Positions 1-12,883 of a stretch of 64,000 bases of DNA are shown here, piece by piece. The stretch comes from Felis catus (taxonomy: Eukaryota): NCBI RefSeq assembly GCF_018350175.1, contig NC_058368.1:10788001-10852000 (forward strand). The letters are read 5' to 3'. Each line of letters starts with the position of its first letter. Within the stretch, counting starts at the first letter, position 1. Below the pieces are notes generated by a model that had not been told where the DNA came from, made no database searches, and worked only from the letters and a program-made list of their open reading frames with translations. The translations under genes and the position numbers were made by a program.

Positions 1-250
1 CCAAATGGAGACGTCAAGTAATTAGTCAGCTACATGAATTTGAAGTTCAGGGAGAAGTCTGAGCTGGAGATATGAACTGGAAATCTTCAGCATATAATAA
101 TGCTTAAACCCACGGGGCTAGATGGGTCATCCTGAGACTGAATGCAGTTGGGGGGCAGGGGGAAAGGAGATGTAAGGACTAAACTTGTTCATACCCCAAT
201 ATTAAAAAGTTGAGGGAAAGAGCAGGTAAAGAAGACTGAGACGCAGCAGC
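1..250 (-). mobile_element. L2 LINE fragment (ancient)
   Basis: 'agttcagggagaagtctgagctggagatatgaactggaaatcttcagcatata' resembles the antisense L2 3' region; heavily diverged. Confidence 0.6.
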
Positions 251-278
251 CATAATGGTAAAAGGAAAGCCAGGGGAC

Positions 279-489
279 GGGGTGCCTGGGTGGCGCAGTC
301 GGTTAAGCGTCCGACTTCGGCCAGGTCACGATCTCGCGGTCCGGGAGTTCGAGCCCCGCGTCAGGCTCTGGGCTGATGGCTCAGAGCCTGGAGCCTGTTT
401 CCGATTCTGTGTCTCCCTCTCTCTCTGCCCCTCCCCCGTTCATGCTCTGTCTCTCTCTGCCCCAAAAATAAATAAACGTTGAAAAAAAA
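279..489 (+). mobile_element. Young felid CAN-SINE (SINEC_Fc-like)
   Basis: GGGG(T)GCCTGGGTGGCGCAGTCGGTTAAGCG tRNA-derived head, CT-rich body, AATAAA/A-tail; perfect TSD aaaggaaagccagggga at 261-277 and 490-506; CpGs retained. Confidence 0.97.
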
Positions 490-1249
490 AAAGGAAAGCC
501 AGGGGAAGCACAGGAAGTGGTTCAAACAGGAAAAGAGTAATCAGCTTCTTCAAATGCGGCTGCGTGGTCAAAGGTGATGAAGTCTGAGATTTAACCTCAC
601 TGAAGCGGGTTCAAGAGGGAATGGGAAAAGAAGAACTGGACAGCAAGTTGGGGTGATTTTAAAAACTTCCTATGCTGGAAAAGGGAGCCGGAAAAATGAA
701 ATGGTCGGGTAGGAAAGGTGGGGCCAAGAGAGAGTTTTTACTTTTTAACAATTGCATTTTGTGCACTGATGAGAATGGTCCAGTAAAGAAGGAGAGGCAA
801 GAGAGAGAAGGGGCATTTCTGAAGTGATGTCGTTGGGTAGGAGAGAAGAGATTGGCTCTTGTGCAGAGGGAAGAGCCACAGCTAGGAATGTAATAAGAGG
901 GAGAGTAGGGCATATAGGTGCAGGTATTGGTATATGCAGGGATGAAAACTTGTGGAAGTCTTCCTCTGATTTATTAGTAAAGCAGCCTCAGGAAGATAAA
1001 CCACTTCCTTTTCCCGAGTCTTCGTGAAAGCAGTAAGGGAAGGGGATGAAGAGTTGTGAGCTGCCTGCTGGAGTGTTGAAGAGCTGCCCCGACACCCACA
1101 AAGAGCTTCTCAGCAAAGGCTGATAGAAGTATTGAATTAAAGCATTTAAGGCATTCTCCATCCAATTCTTAGCTCATCACCAAGCTACCTGAACAGAGAC
1201 TTCAGTGATCGCACATGACTAGTTTAAAGAATTAGTCCAGAAAGGTCAT

Positions 1250-1870
1250 AAACAAATTGCAACAACAGCAAAAGCAGCCCCTGTAAGGGAGGAAATCTCA
1301 TTTCCCAAATTGTCACATTAGATTACTGACAATGCCCAGTTTTCAACAAAAAATTATCAGACATGCAAAGAAATGTAGGGAAGTAATGCACGTACAGAGA
1401 ACAACAACAACAAAAAGCTGCCAATAAAGCTGCCCCCGGGGAAGCCAGTATTAGAATTACCAGAAAAAACAAAAAAGTTAAATCAGCTATTTTAAGCATG
1501 TTCAAAGGATTAAAGAAAACCATGTTCAAAGAATGTAAGTGATGTTTGCCAAATAGTGAATATTAATAAAAAAATAGAAATTTTAAAACAGAACCAAAGA
1601 GAAGTTTTGGAGTTTGAAGTAAAAAATTCACTAGAGGGGCTCAATAGCCAACTGAAATAGAAGAAAATAATCATAGAGCTTGAAGATAAATCAACTTAAA
1701 TTATCCAGTCAGGGGAATAGAATGAAGAAAAGAATGAAGAAAAATAAACAGAGCCTCAGAGACCTGTGGGACATTATAAACCATACGCGCATATGCATAA
1801 TGGGAGTTCTAGAAGAGAGGAAAAAGAGAAAGGGACAGAAAGTAGATTTGGAGAAATCATGGCTGAATGC
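1250..1870 (+). mobile_element. Old L1 (L1M) ORF1 fragment
   Basis: Translation 'KKNKQSLRDLWDIINHTRICIMGVLE' matches the L1 ORF1p motif; A-rich sense strand. Confidence 0.85.
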
Positions 1871-2034
1871 TAGATTACCCCAAGGTCTATCTTATTTTTT
1901 GCTTTATCTTCTTGGAAATTTATATTCTTACCTTAAAGGACCATTACAAGTTGCAGAGACCTTATCTGATTCCTACCTTTTGGCTGCCAGCTTCACCAGT
2001 CAAAAATAAAACAGAACAAAACAAAAGGGAAAAG

Positions 2035-2225
2035 AAAGCAGGCTTTGGAGTATGTTCTAATTTGAATTCCAGCTCTATCATTTATTTAGGTGACCTAGGG
2101 CATTACTTGTCTTCTTCAGGCCTCGGTTTCTTCAATTACTAAAATGCAGATAATAGTACCTTCTTCACAGGATTGTTGTAAGCTTAGAAATTATATAAAG
2201 TATCTGGCCCTTAGTAAATATTAAT
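2035..2225 (+). mobile_element. MIR SINE
   Basis: MIR core 'gaattccagctct...ggtgacctagggca...gcctcggtttcttc...aaaatg...ataatagtacct...caggattgttgt'. Confidence 0.8.
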
Positions 2226-2989
2226 AACTTTTTTCCCCTGCCCGTTTCTTGTGGTTAGCTTATCAACCTAAGAGAGTGGTTTCAAAAAAGTGGCAAATCT
2301 CTTCAGAGTGAATTAAACTTTTTCAATTGGACTTAATATCTAAAAATCTATCCTTATCTGGCGGAGTTACAGGGAGAAACTCCAAAGCACTACATCTGTA
2401 GATCCCAGAGCCAGAGGTAGATGCAGAGCTGAGAGCTAAGTAGAGCTAAGTAGAGGCTGAGACTAATAATTAAGAGAGCAGCTAGAATGATCTACTAAAA
2501 TTGAAAGAGCTCAGAGCAGAAACGCCACCATGATGATAAAAGCAATAACTGTGGCTTGAGAGTGAAAGGGAAGTGATCCAGGGCAAAGACTTACAAGAGG
2601 TGATGTTGACTTTTTCCTTTTTTTAAGTGCTAGGGACAGACATGAATTTACTGACCTGACAAAAGCAAGCTCTGCATTTTTTTTCGATTAGGACTTAACT
2701 CTAAGATTTCCAGAATCCTCCATAGAATAGGTATTACCTGTTCTCTAAGGCTTACACCATCACTCTTCATTCTGGCTTTGTATTCTACCTACATCCATAA
2801 GGCCAGCGCTTATGGTCTGATGCCAAGGTTAAAGTCTTAGTCACTGAGAACACACCTCACGTTATGTCACAGCCAGGCTGTAGGAGGCCTGAAGCCAAAG
2901 ACCCCATTCCCTATTTCCCATCTTCTCCTGGCCTTGCCTAGTAACTCGCCTATGTAGCCAACTCTAAGGTCAATCCCAAGTGATTCAGT

Positions 2990-3456
2990 ATGGCTCTTCC
3001 TTGACTTGTGATGGGTCACATCCCAATAAACCCATTATAAATTGAAAATAGCCTAAGTCAAAAACACATTTAATCCTCCTAACCTGGCTTAACCTAGCCT
3101 ACCTTAAACGTGCTCAGAACACTTACATTAGTCTACAGCAGGCAAAATCATCTAACACAAAATCTATTTTATAATGAAGTATTGAATAGCTCATGTCATT
3201 TACTGAATATTGTACTGAAGGTGAAAATCACAGTCGCTGTCTGGGTGTTTGGTTGTGGACCTTCATGATGATGGGCTGACTGTTTGCTAAGGCTGTCCCT
3301 GCCTAGCATCATGAGTGCCCTACCACATATCAGTAGCCTGGGAAAAGACCAGAATTAAAAATGCAAGGTATGGTTTTTACTGAATGTGTATCACTTCTGC
3401 ACCACTGTAAAGTTGAAAAACCGTAGGTCAAATCATTGTTAAGTCAGAGACTCTAT
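2990..3456 (+). mobile_element. Tigger-family non-autonomous DNA transposon (MER47/Tigger5-like)
   Basis: 'cttgactt..gatgggtcacatcccaataaacccat' start, 'cctagcctaccttaaacgtgctcagaacacttacattag' core, 'gttaagtcagagac' end (degenerate TIRs). Confidence 0.75.
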
Positions 3457-3959
3457 GTGCCAGAAACCTCGATCTCATGCCCAAGAACAAATCTTGTTGC
3501 CTACAGATCTGGTGTTCTGCCGTATCAGAGATGAAACTGGGGTGTCTTTGAAGTTGACAATCAGAGTGTGTCATTAATCCCCACTCATCCAGACCGTATA
3601 CCTGGGCCTCTGATTCTTTGCTCTACAACTCATATTAGTTCCATATAGGCTCTTCTCCACAGGTCATCTCTCCTTTCCTGATATTCTCCCCATTTTCTAG
3701 TGACGTTTCTGTTGAGAATAAACACACCGTGCATAGGTTGCTTGTCTGCCTATTGGCAATGCCTAAATTGTGAACTGCCCCACAGCCAAATGCCCATCTA
3801 ATCTAAGCCAGGGTTTGCCATAATGTGGTAACACTGAGTATGGCCTCCACAGTGTCCCTTTCTGTTTTATATCTGGGTTTCCACCTCTTGCCCATGTAGC
3901 CCATGTGCTTTAGGAGAAGCTGACTCAGCTGCCCCCGTTCTAGGGCTCAGATCACTAAG

Positions 3960-4606
3960 GCAACATTTCTCAATCCTCACTGCACATTAGAGTCATCTTC
4001 AAAGACTTTTAAAAACTACCTATTGCCTGGAATCCTTGAAAAGAATGTCTAACTTAATTGGTCTGGAGTGGGACTCAGGTGAGGCATTAGCATTTTTAAA
4101 GTTTCTCAGATGATTTTCGTAGGCATCTGTTATGAATTGAATTGTATCTGCTTAAAGTTTATTTGTTGGAGTCCTAACTCCTAGTACCTCATAATGTTAC
4201 CCTATTTGGAAATAGGGTCATTGCAGATGTAATTAATTAAGATGATATTCATACCAGAATATGGTGGCCCTTTATCCAATATGACTGGCTTCCTTACATA
4301 AAGGGGAAATTTGGACTATGACACATATATAGAAATAATGCCACGTGAATATGAAATCAGAGATCAGGGGGATTAGGCAGAAGCCAAGGAACATCAAAGA
4401 TGACCAGAAACCACCAGAAGCTAGGGGAGATACCTGGAACATATTTCTCCAGAAAGAACCTACCTCATTGTTGATAACTTGACCTTGAACATCTAGCCTA
4501 CAGAACTGTGAGACAATAAGTTATTGTTGTGAGTGCCACCTAATTTGCCATACTTTGTCACTGCAGCCCTCACAAATTAATACAGCAATCAAGACTGAAA
4601 ACCATG
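3960..4606. mobile_element. MER5-type hAT-Charlie element split by an MLT1 insertion (parts ~3960-4127 and ~4585-4606)
   Basis: 'ttctcaa..ctgcacattagagtca', 'ttaattggtctggagtggg', 'atttttaaag' and terminal 'gactgaaaacca' after the MLT1. Confidence 0.6.
4128..4584 (+). mobile_element. MaLR solo LTR (MLT1B/C-like)
   Basis: TGTTATG...TACA ends; 'tatttggaaatagggtcattgcagatgtaatta', 'accaccagaagctagg', 'cagaactgtgagacaataa'. Confidence 0.9.
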
Positions 4607-4841
4607 GGTAGAACAGAGGATTCAGGCACCCAGGTCTAAGCCAAACAACACATGATATTCTCCAGGCCACAGGGGCCACTCCAAAGTTACACCAATGAGA
4701 TGTGAGGATAGATATGTCAAAGACTTCTGTACAAGATGTTCTATTTATAGTCTGCTATATATTATTCCAGAGCTTGTCATCTATATAACTTATACTACCT
4801 TTATCTAATTCATTCTCTTTCTCTCCTTTTTCTCTTATGGA

Positions 4842-4844
<3 letters not shown>

Positions 4845-4923
<79 letters not shown>

Positions 4924-4951
4924 GATGTGTGTGTATATATATGTATGTGTG

Positions 4952-5026
<75 letters not shown>
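4845..5026. repeat. Compound microsatellite (AT)19(AC)16-spacer-(GT)14(AT)18
   Basis: Directly visible dinucleotide tracts arranged as an inverted repeat. Confidence 0.98.
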
Positions 5027-5031
<5 letters not shown>

Positions 5032-5419
5032 CTCAGTTTCACCAGTGTTTTTCAGTCTTGATTGCTGTATTAGTTTGTGAGGGCTGCAGTGACAAATACA
5101 CACACACACCTGTATATATATTACATGTATTTGTAAATAAATATGTACAAAATACATATGTATAAAATACATATATATTTCTTTATAGTTCTAAATTGTT
5201 CAGCTTTGTTCACTTAATAGCATTTTGAATGCCTGTCCACACAGATATCCTTAATTTTTAATTTTTTCATAATTTTTCAAATTATAAATTAATAATTAGC
5301 TTTACTAGCCTCAATTGATGGCCATTAAGCTTATTGCTATATTTTTGCTGCCATGATTCCTTTGTACATATTGTGGCGTACTGTTGAGAATAAATATCAA
5401 GGATTGATTCCTAGTGGTG

Positions 5420-5855
5420 GTGTGACTGCCATAGCTGAATGTCAACCCAAAGCCCATTCTCCCTTTCTTCTTTGCTAACCAAACCCAAATTTTGTGCCCT
5501 GCTTCCAACGCTCAGCTTCCTGAACTCCTTTGCACTTGGGTGGCAAGTGAAAAGTGACCAAGGAGACAAGGTCAATGATATATAAGTGGATGTGGCAGAT
5601 TTTCCTTTCTGTCAAAGCTTACTGTAGGGTGCAGGCCCAGCTGGACATCTTCCTTTTGTCCTTTGACCTTTAAACCTTACTCTGGAATGTGTCTGATATA
5701 GAGACACGTATGTTGGAATCATGAGAATGCAAGTCACATGCCAAGAACAGATTAATGCCTTATTCCACACTTCTTCCTTAGGACAAAAATAAGCTCTATT
5801 TAGTTAAGTCACTAATCGGATTTGGTTGCATGCAGCTAAATAAATCCTGATGGAT
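5420..5855 (+). mobile_element. Ancient MaLR LTR (MLT1J/K/L-like)
   Basis: 'cccattctccctttcttctttgctaac', 3' 'ttaagtcacta...ttggttgcatgcagctaaa'. Confidence 0.45.
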
Positions 5856-6477
5856 ACAAATGGAAATTCTAGGTCAAATGGTACATCCATTTTAGAGATG
5901 TGGCCAAAATGTCTTCCAAAGTGTTACCATGCTCCCTAGCATTACACATAGGACTTCTAGGCTTAACACACAAAGGCCAGCTTTTACAGCTGAGTAAATT
6001 TCACCAGCCCCTACCATTAGTGGGTCTAACTTTCTTCCCCAGGACCAATGTCTTGTGGGGCTATTGATCCAGGAAACACTATGCCTGTGCTTGCTAAAGT
6101 TATAACATGAAGCAATTGTCACAGCAGAATCTGTCAATTAATAAATGCTTAAATTGTTTCCATCTACATTCTTGATCTCATTGGCAAAAATGGTGGCTTT
6201 GCAATTTTGGTATAAAGTGTACAGTGTTTAAAAATAAAATGTACTTGTGGAAGTACAAAAATGTTTTCATTCACTAATGACTAGAATCAAGGCGAGGGAT
6301 TTTACATAAATCTGTCTGATGAGGTTGGATAAACATAATTCTTTCTTTTTGTTAATGATCTTTCCAGTTCTGTTAATGACGACATCAGGGGAAAGCTCTG
6401 GGCCCAGTCTGCTGAGCTACAATGGCCGGGACCATTGTGTCAAAAGAGGACTGGAAGATCAAGATGTGAGACTGAGT

Positions 6478-6612
6478 AGGGCTTCTCAAGTGTCTAGTAC
6501 ATACAAATCCCTTGAAGAAATTGCTAAAATGCAGGTTCTGATTCAGTAGAAATGGTTTGGGGTCTGAAATTCTGCATTTCTAACAGGTTCCCAAGGGGTA
6601 CTTGAACCACAG
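6478..6612. mobile_element. MER5A hAT-Charlie element
   Basis: 'aaaatgcaggttctgattcagtag...ggggtctgaaattctgcatttctaacaggttccca'. Confidence 0.85.
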
Positions 6613-8676
6613 CTAGGATCTTGAAATAAAAGGCAAGGATGTGATGCTCCCCCATCAGAGGTATGTAAGGTGGGCATAATTATCATAATAAGCAGCAAGT
6701 TCAGAACAGCAGCCAGGGAGCTGGTATAACATGGCATCCTTAGGAACAAAGCAGATGGGTAGCCAACAACATATTGCTCCATCTATACCACCAAAAGAAA
6801 TCAAGGATGGATAATCGGAAGGCTGAGGGCAGTTGTCCCAAATAAAACTTTGCAACTTTCTAGACCTAAGCCATTTTTCAGACCTGGGACTCACTGACCT
6901 AGAAGTGAGGCCTGAGAGGAAGGAACCAGCACCACTATGAGTGATAGCTCCCCCAGTCCTTTCCCAAAGGGCTGCAGCCATTTCCTTGGGTTATCATGTA
7001 GTATAGAAGGGACAGTGACACTAGATACTGAAGAACTAGGTATTTGAGTACTGTTGGACACAAGATTTGAGTTGCTATTGATACCCAGGAACCAATATCA
7101 TCAAGAGCTTCCTCATAGAAGTAAGACTCATGTAGATCAGGTGGTACATGGAATCTCAGCCCAGATCTAGTTCCACAGCAGGACAACTTGCCCAATGATC
7201 ATTTCTCTAGTATCCCAGTGTACAATGGGAATGGACATACATGCAGTTGACCCATTTATTCCTTAGTGTGTTGGCAAGAGCTATGGTAGTTGAGAAGGCT
7301 AAGTGGAAGCCTCTGGAAATGCCCCTCCTCCAGCCATGAAAGTAAGTCACAGGAGAAATGGCCGGAATTAGTGCAACCCTTAAAGACCTAAAGAATGCAG
7401 ACCTGGTGGTTTCCTTCATTTCTCATTTCCGTCATGTCTCTAAGTCACAAGACTGGCCCCAACAAAAGTCTGACAAATCCTGGAGAGTGACATGGACTAC
7501 TGCCAACCCAAGGAAGTTTGTAGGTTTAACTGCAGCTGCTGCACTAGATATACCTGGGGATACTGCTCTGAACCATTAAACAAGTGGCCACATGGCTGCC
7601 ATCTCTGAGTGTGGCTCAGAAGAGAAAGTAACTCTGCAGCAGATCCAGGATGCTGTGGAAGTAGTTTGTCACTTGGGCCATACATTCAGGCAAACACTAA
7701 AATAACAGACGAATCTGTGGAGGCAAAAGATATCACATGGGACTTAGGGCAAGCCCTGTGGGAGAATCACACTGTTGACCTGACATTTCTGAAGGTATTT
7801 GTTGCAGAATATTTACACCAATTGAAACATAGATCTTGACATGCTTCTGGGCCTTGAAAAAGACACAGTACTTGGTGCCCATCATCAACTGACTATACAG
7901 CTAGAGCTGCCCATCATGAGCTGGGTTCTGTCAGACCCACCAAATCAGAAGGTCCAGTGGGTCCAGGAACAATCCACTATAAAATAGCAGTGAGATGTCC
8001 AGGATCAGGCATGAGCAGAGCCAGAGGACAAAAGTAGACTAGAAGAGCAGGTGACCCAAACTTGTGTGTCATCCACCACTGTTATACTGGTACCTCTGAC
8101 TCAGCCGATACCTCTGACTGCATGGGCTGGGGGCAGGGTATCCCTGTAACCCACTAACAAAGGAGCAAGAAAACCCAGCTTGGTTAATGGGTAGGTTGGT
8201 GCAGTACACGGGTACAAGATACAAATGGGCTTCTGTTGTACTAGCATCCCTCTCAGGAGTAGCCTAAATGATAGCATGAGAAGAAATTCTTCCAATAGGC
8301 TTTCAGGGATACAAACAGTGGATCTGGTCATTTACTGTGTGTAGAAAGAAATGTAGCCTAAAGAAAGAGTAAGTACAGGATCATGAACAGTAGCAAATGG
8401 CCCGGTTGGTTGGTCGGGGGCTTAAAAGGAAAAGCATCAGAAGATCTGGGATAAGAAGATCTTGGGAAAAGCAAGTGGATGGACCTATGCGAATGGACAC
8501 CAAGTGTAAAGATCTTTGCATTTCGGGTTAATGCCCTCCAGACAGTAACTAGTCAGAACGGGCATATGACACCAGAGCAAGCAGAATGACTCAGCTACTT
8601 GACATGAGTCGTCTGTGTCATTTTTTCCTCCAGTGTTGTAGGATGGAGTGGCTCCAGTGGGGGAGAAGGATGCTAT

Positions 8677-8777
8677 TTTTTAAAAGTAATCTCTATGCCC
8701 AATGTGGGGCTTGAATGTATGACCTTGAGATCAAATGTCACATGCATGCTCTACCAACTGAGCCAACCAGGCACCCC
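8677..8777 (-). mobile_element. Short old CAN-SINE (tRNA head only)
   Basis: Antisense GGGGTGCCTGG..GGCTCAGTTGGTAGAGCATG head; TSD ggaga(a/t)ggatgctat at 8662-8676 and 8779-8793. Confidence 0.85.
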
Positions 8778-8982
8778 AGGAGATGGATGCTATGCATAAG
8801 TCCAAAAACATAGCCTTCCACAACGTAAGACTGACATAGCTCCTGTCACCACTGCATATCCAACCCACCTACAACAGGGACCAACAATGAGCCTGAAATA
8901 AGACATTATCCATCAAAAAGTCTAACCAGCCACTTAGTGGTAAGTTGGCTACCCTGGATCCCTATTACCTTTGAAGGAGTAG

Positions 8983-9410
8983 TGTTATGGGTTAAGTTGA
9001 GTCCCTTGAAAGATATGTTGATGTCCTAATGACTGGTACCTGTGCAGCCTTCTTTGGAAATAGGATTTTGAAATGTAACCAAGTTAAGGTGAGGTTGTAA
9101 GAGTGGGCTGTAATCCAGGTATCCTCATAAGAAGAGAAAAAACAAAGACATAGATACACAGGACAAACACCACATGAAGATTGAGGTATAGATTGCAGTT
9201 ATGCAGCTGTAAGACAGGGAACATCGAGGACTGATGGAAACCACCAGAAGGCAGCAAGAAGCACGGCATTCTCCCCAGAGTCTGAGTGGAAGCATGGCCC
9301 TGCTGACACCGTGATTTTGGACTTCTAGCCACCGTGAGAGAATACATTTCTATTATTTTAAGCTTTCCAGTTTGTGATACTTTTTACAGAGGCCCTAGGA
9401 AACCAATACA
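8983..9410 (+). mobile_element. MaLR solo LTR (MLT1B/C-like) nested in ERV-L
   Basis: TGTTATGGG...AATACA; 'gcatggccctgctgacacc..gattttggacttctagcc'; near-TSD agtag/ggtag. Confidence 0.9.
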
Positions 9411-10535
9411 GGTAGTACTTCATAGTGACTGACAGTGACACATATTCCAAGTCTGGATTTGCCTTCCTGGCTCACCAGCCTCAGCCAACATCATTATTTA
9501 GGGGCTTAGAGTATTTTATACACTGACATAAATATCACACATGACATCACATGGACACCACAAGGGATACAGTTCCTGGCAAATGAGTTCTAGCAGTGGG
9601 CATGTGACCAGAGAATTCACACGTCCTTTCACATACCATACTGTCTGGAGGATGCCAGCCTGAAAGGGTGATAGAAACTTCCTGAAGGTGCAGCTGAAGA
9701 GCCAGCCTTAAAGAATACCTTGTGTGGGCGGTGTGCTGTCTTTCAGGAGGCATGAACATGCTAAATCATGCTGTGACAATATATGGTACTGTTTCTGCAG
9801 TAGATAAATACGTGGGCCTGGGAATCAAAATATAGAAGTAGAAACTGTCCTATTATCATCATTCAATGTCCCACCTGGGAATTTGTTCTCCCTATCCCCA
9901 CAACTTTAGGCTTTACAGATCTAGAAGTTCTGGTTCCTAGAAGGGGAATGCTTCCACAAGGGGACAAAGAAAACATCCAAGTTAGCATTGAGTAGGGCTG
10001 CTGCTGAGTCACTTAGGCTTTTTATACCAAAAGACCAGCAAGCAAAGGAGGAGGAGTAATCATAAAGGCAAGAGTAATTAATGTGGTCATTAGAGGGAGA
10101 GAGAGGTCTCATTACACACTGGTTGCAAAGAAAATATCTTTGACACTTAGGTGACCACTGCAGTAGCTCTTTGTATTCTTCTGTTCAGTTTTGACAGTAA
10201 ATGAACGAGGACAATAACCATTAGAAGTACAAGGTGACCAAGAGCTTAGACACCTCTGCATGAGGTTCTGGGCCACCTTACCGCGTAAGTTACCTACAAC
10301 AGCAGAGATCCTAGTCAAGGGAAAGAGGAATCTGGAATAAGTAGAGAAGGGTGATGATTAGCACCAATTGTGGTCCTGAGGTCAGTTTTAGCAAAGGGGG
10401 CTATACTTCATCCCAATAAACATCCTCTTGAAAATTTTCCCAATAAAACAGACTACCTGAACCCTGGGGGAGCTATTCCTAAATGCACTGAACTTATCAC
10501 ATGAAGCAAATAGATCCAAGCAGTGCAAGGACTAG

Positions 10536-10878
10536 ACTCTAATAGTCCTTCCTCTGGTGCATCACCCAGATCCAGATACATTACTCTCTTGGAACTCCTC
10601 CTGGTTGAATGTAGCTGCTTCATACAATGTTATTGTCTGTTCCTAGAGGTAGCCAATATCCAGTTGTTGAGGATGCCCAATGTCCAGCCTCCCTTGATTT
10701 GATTTTGGAATGGCTAAAGCTGCTACTACAGTTGTATTTCAGTGCAAATTCGGCTGCTCAATCCTCATTCTCTTGTTCCTTCCTCAGTGTTTTTCCATAG
10801 AATACCCTCTAATAAATCCCTGAAGTCAGATCTCAGAGCCCCAGGTAGGCTTCCAAGAGAAACACCCCCTCCCTATGA
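10536..10878 (+). mobile_element. ERV-L 3' LTR (LTR16-like)
   Basis: Follows the PPT-like 'gcaaggactagac'; 'ggtgcatcacccagatcc' start; 'aataaatccc...atctcagag' near the end. Confidence 0.55.
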
Positions 10879-12140
10879 TAGCAGTGGTCTTAGGTCATAG
10901 ATACACAATCAGCTGACAGAACAAAGAATAATCTGAGACTCTTAGACCATGGACCATGGCTAGCAATGCAGACATAGCATTGAAAGGTAGGTAGACTTCT
11001 GGGATAGATAGTTTAAATTAGACCTAAGGGATAGCATCTAAACATCAGATTCCATACCTAAACTCAGCTTGGGAACAGTCTCTCCAATATTCTCTTATGG
11101 GAAAGAAGAAGAGTGGCAGAAATAATACCCATTTGGGAGTTTCCAAAGATGACCAACAGGCAACATTTGATCTGACAGAACATCTGCCCAAGAGAGTGAG
11201 GCAAACCTAGTAATACAGGAGTCTGAACAGTATATGAAATGCAGCTCTTTGAATTGGGATGCTGAGAACAAGTACACTAGATAACTCTTTGTCAAATCCT
11301 GAAGTACTAGGCTTTTGCAAGGTGAGATAGAATTTTCCTCTAAAACTAGAAGGTGCTTATAAAATATGTGCTTCAACTTCAGAGGTCATGGAGCATTGCA
11401 AGGTGAGGCAGGCTGTTCAATTGCACAAATGTGGCTGTCATCTTTGACTCCAGTTGTAGCCATTAAACATAAAAGGAGAATCTGGAATCGCACCTAGGGA
11501 GCTGTTAGATATGAGTGAATACACACAGACCCCTGGGGCTTGGCCATAGATCTCAGGGCAGAGCTTGCTTGACCTTAACTTAGTTTTAAGAAGCCTTTTT
11601 TTTTCTTTTTGTAGGAAAGATAATGGTAAACTTGTAGCCTTTGCTCCTCAGATTAAGAGAGATTTCTTTAAATGTCTATGCAATTGGTTGCTGAAAAGGG
11701 CTGAGCCTTCCTGAGGCAGAGGAAGGCATGTTAAACATGGCAAAAAAAAAATGAGCTCAGGAACATAGGCTGCAACAGCTTTCCCAAAACCAAGCAAGAA
11801 ACATGAGAGAGAAAACTATTGGTTTAGTCTCTGTATCCATTAAGGTCCACTCAGAAAAATAGATAAATAGATATCACATAAAAGGGTTTGGTTTTATAAA
11901 TATCATGGGACTGGAAAAGCAAAAAATTATGCCGTGCTCCCTTGGATATTAATAACTACAGGAGTCCATACCAATGTCAGTTGAGGAAACTTAAATGGAG
12001 AACAGGGGTTACCAGAACCTAGGAGTCCAAGATGGGGCTGTTTAGGACTGGTGTTCAGACCTGTTGTGGTAAGGTTCACACAACTGGTACCCAGCCTGAG
12101 GAAGGATGCTCTGTAACTGATGCCCAAAGAACCTAGGGTT

Positions 12141-12500
12141 CTCAAAGATACAGAGAACACATTGGTGGTTGCCTGAGGTTGGGGTGGAAAGTGGGCAAAA
12201 TGGGTGAAAAGGGTAAAAAAGATACAAATTTCCAGTTACAAAATAAACAAGTCATGGGGACACAATGTACTGAATGGCGACTATAGTTGCTAATACTGTA
12301 TTGCATATTTGAAAGTAGCTAAGAGAGTGGATCTTAAAAATTCTCATCACAAGAAAAAAAATCTGTGATTATATATGGTGAAGGATGTTAAACTGGACTT
12401 ACTGTTGTAATCATTTGGCAATATATACAAGTATTGCATCATTACACGTACACCTGAAACTAATTATATCAATTATAGCTCAATTTAAACACAGAAAAAG
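12141..12500 (+). mobile_element. L1 3' end (L1MA9-like)
   Basis: 'tggtggttgcc..agg', 'aaatttccagtta', 'gctaagagagtggatcttaaaa.ttctcatcac', 'acacctgaaactaat'; degenerate TSD aagaacc(t/a)ag(g/t)gt. Confidence 0.85.
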
Positions 12501-12883
12501 AAGGTGAGGTTAAGAACCAAGTGTCTGTTTCAACTGGAACGAAGCTGACAGAAACTAGAAAATGTAGAAATGAAACTTCCTCTCTTTTTGCCTCTGAGTC
12601 TTCCTGGAGTGGCTCTCAATGGCAGAATCTAATAGGAACTAGCAAACAAGGCCATTTGGGAAGTATAATTCAGTGTTCCAATCCCAACAATCACAGAGAG
12701 GGTGTGGAGCTTAGAGGGAGTGGGTATATAAACAGCCCTGTCTTGTAAGTAGAACTCTGGCAAGGCTGTAGAGACAGTCCAAGTGAGGCTTCAGAGGACT
12801 GCAGCCCTAATCAAGACTGACTGTAACCACATCTCAGCAAGTGAGAGCTGTTGAGTCCAGTTACCTGACAGAAATAGGAGAGG

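Larger units (their letters stand above)
6620..10535 (+). mobile_element. Decayed ERV-L (class III) internal region (pro/RT/RNaseH/IN/dUTPase remnants)
   Basis: 'KAKWKPLE', 'ISATLKDLKNA', 'SWRVT.DY', 'ELPIMSWVLSDPP' and post-integrase 'LEVLVPRRGMLPQGD' are ERV-L motifs; many stops and deletions; interrupted by a SINE and an MLT1. Confidence 0.85.

Noticed and set aside
279..365. tRNA-like A/B-box sequences in SINE heads
   Set aside because: These are tRNA-derived SINE promoters followed by CT body, A tail and TSD, not tRNA genes. The recurring SINEs are also not a CRISPR-like array.
255..482. 75-aa ORF and similar ORFs at 17036, 21293, 55619 and 60440
   Set aside because: They read through CAN-SINE sequence and are not genes.
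4755..5172. ORFs with YI/TH/CV repeats
   Set aside because: Translations of dinucleotide microsatellites.
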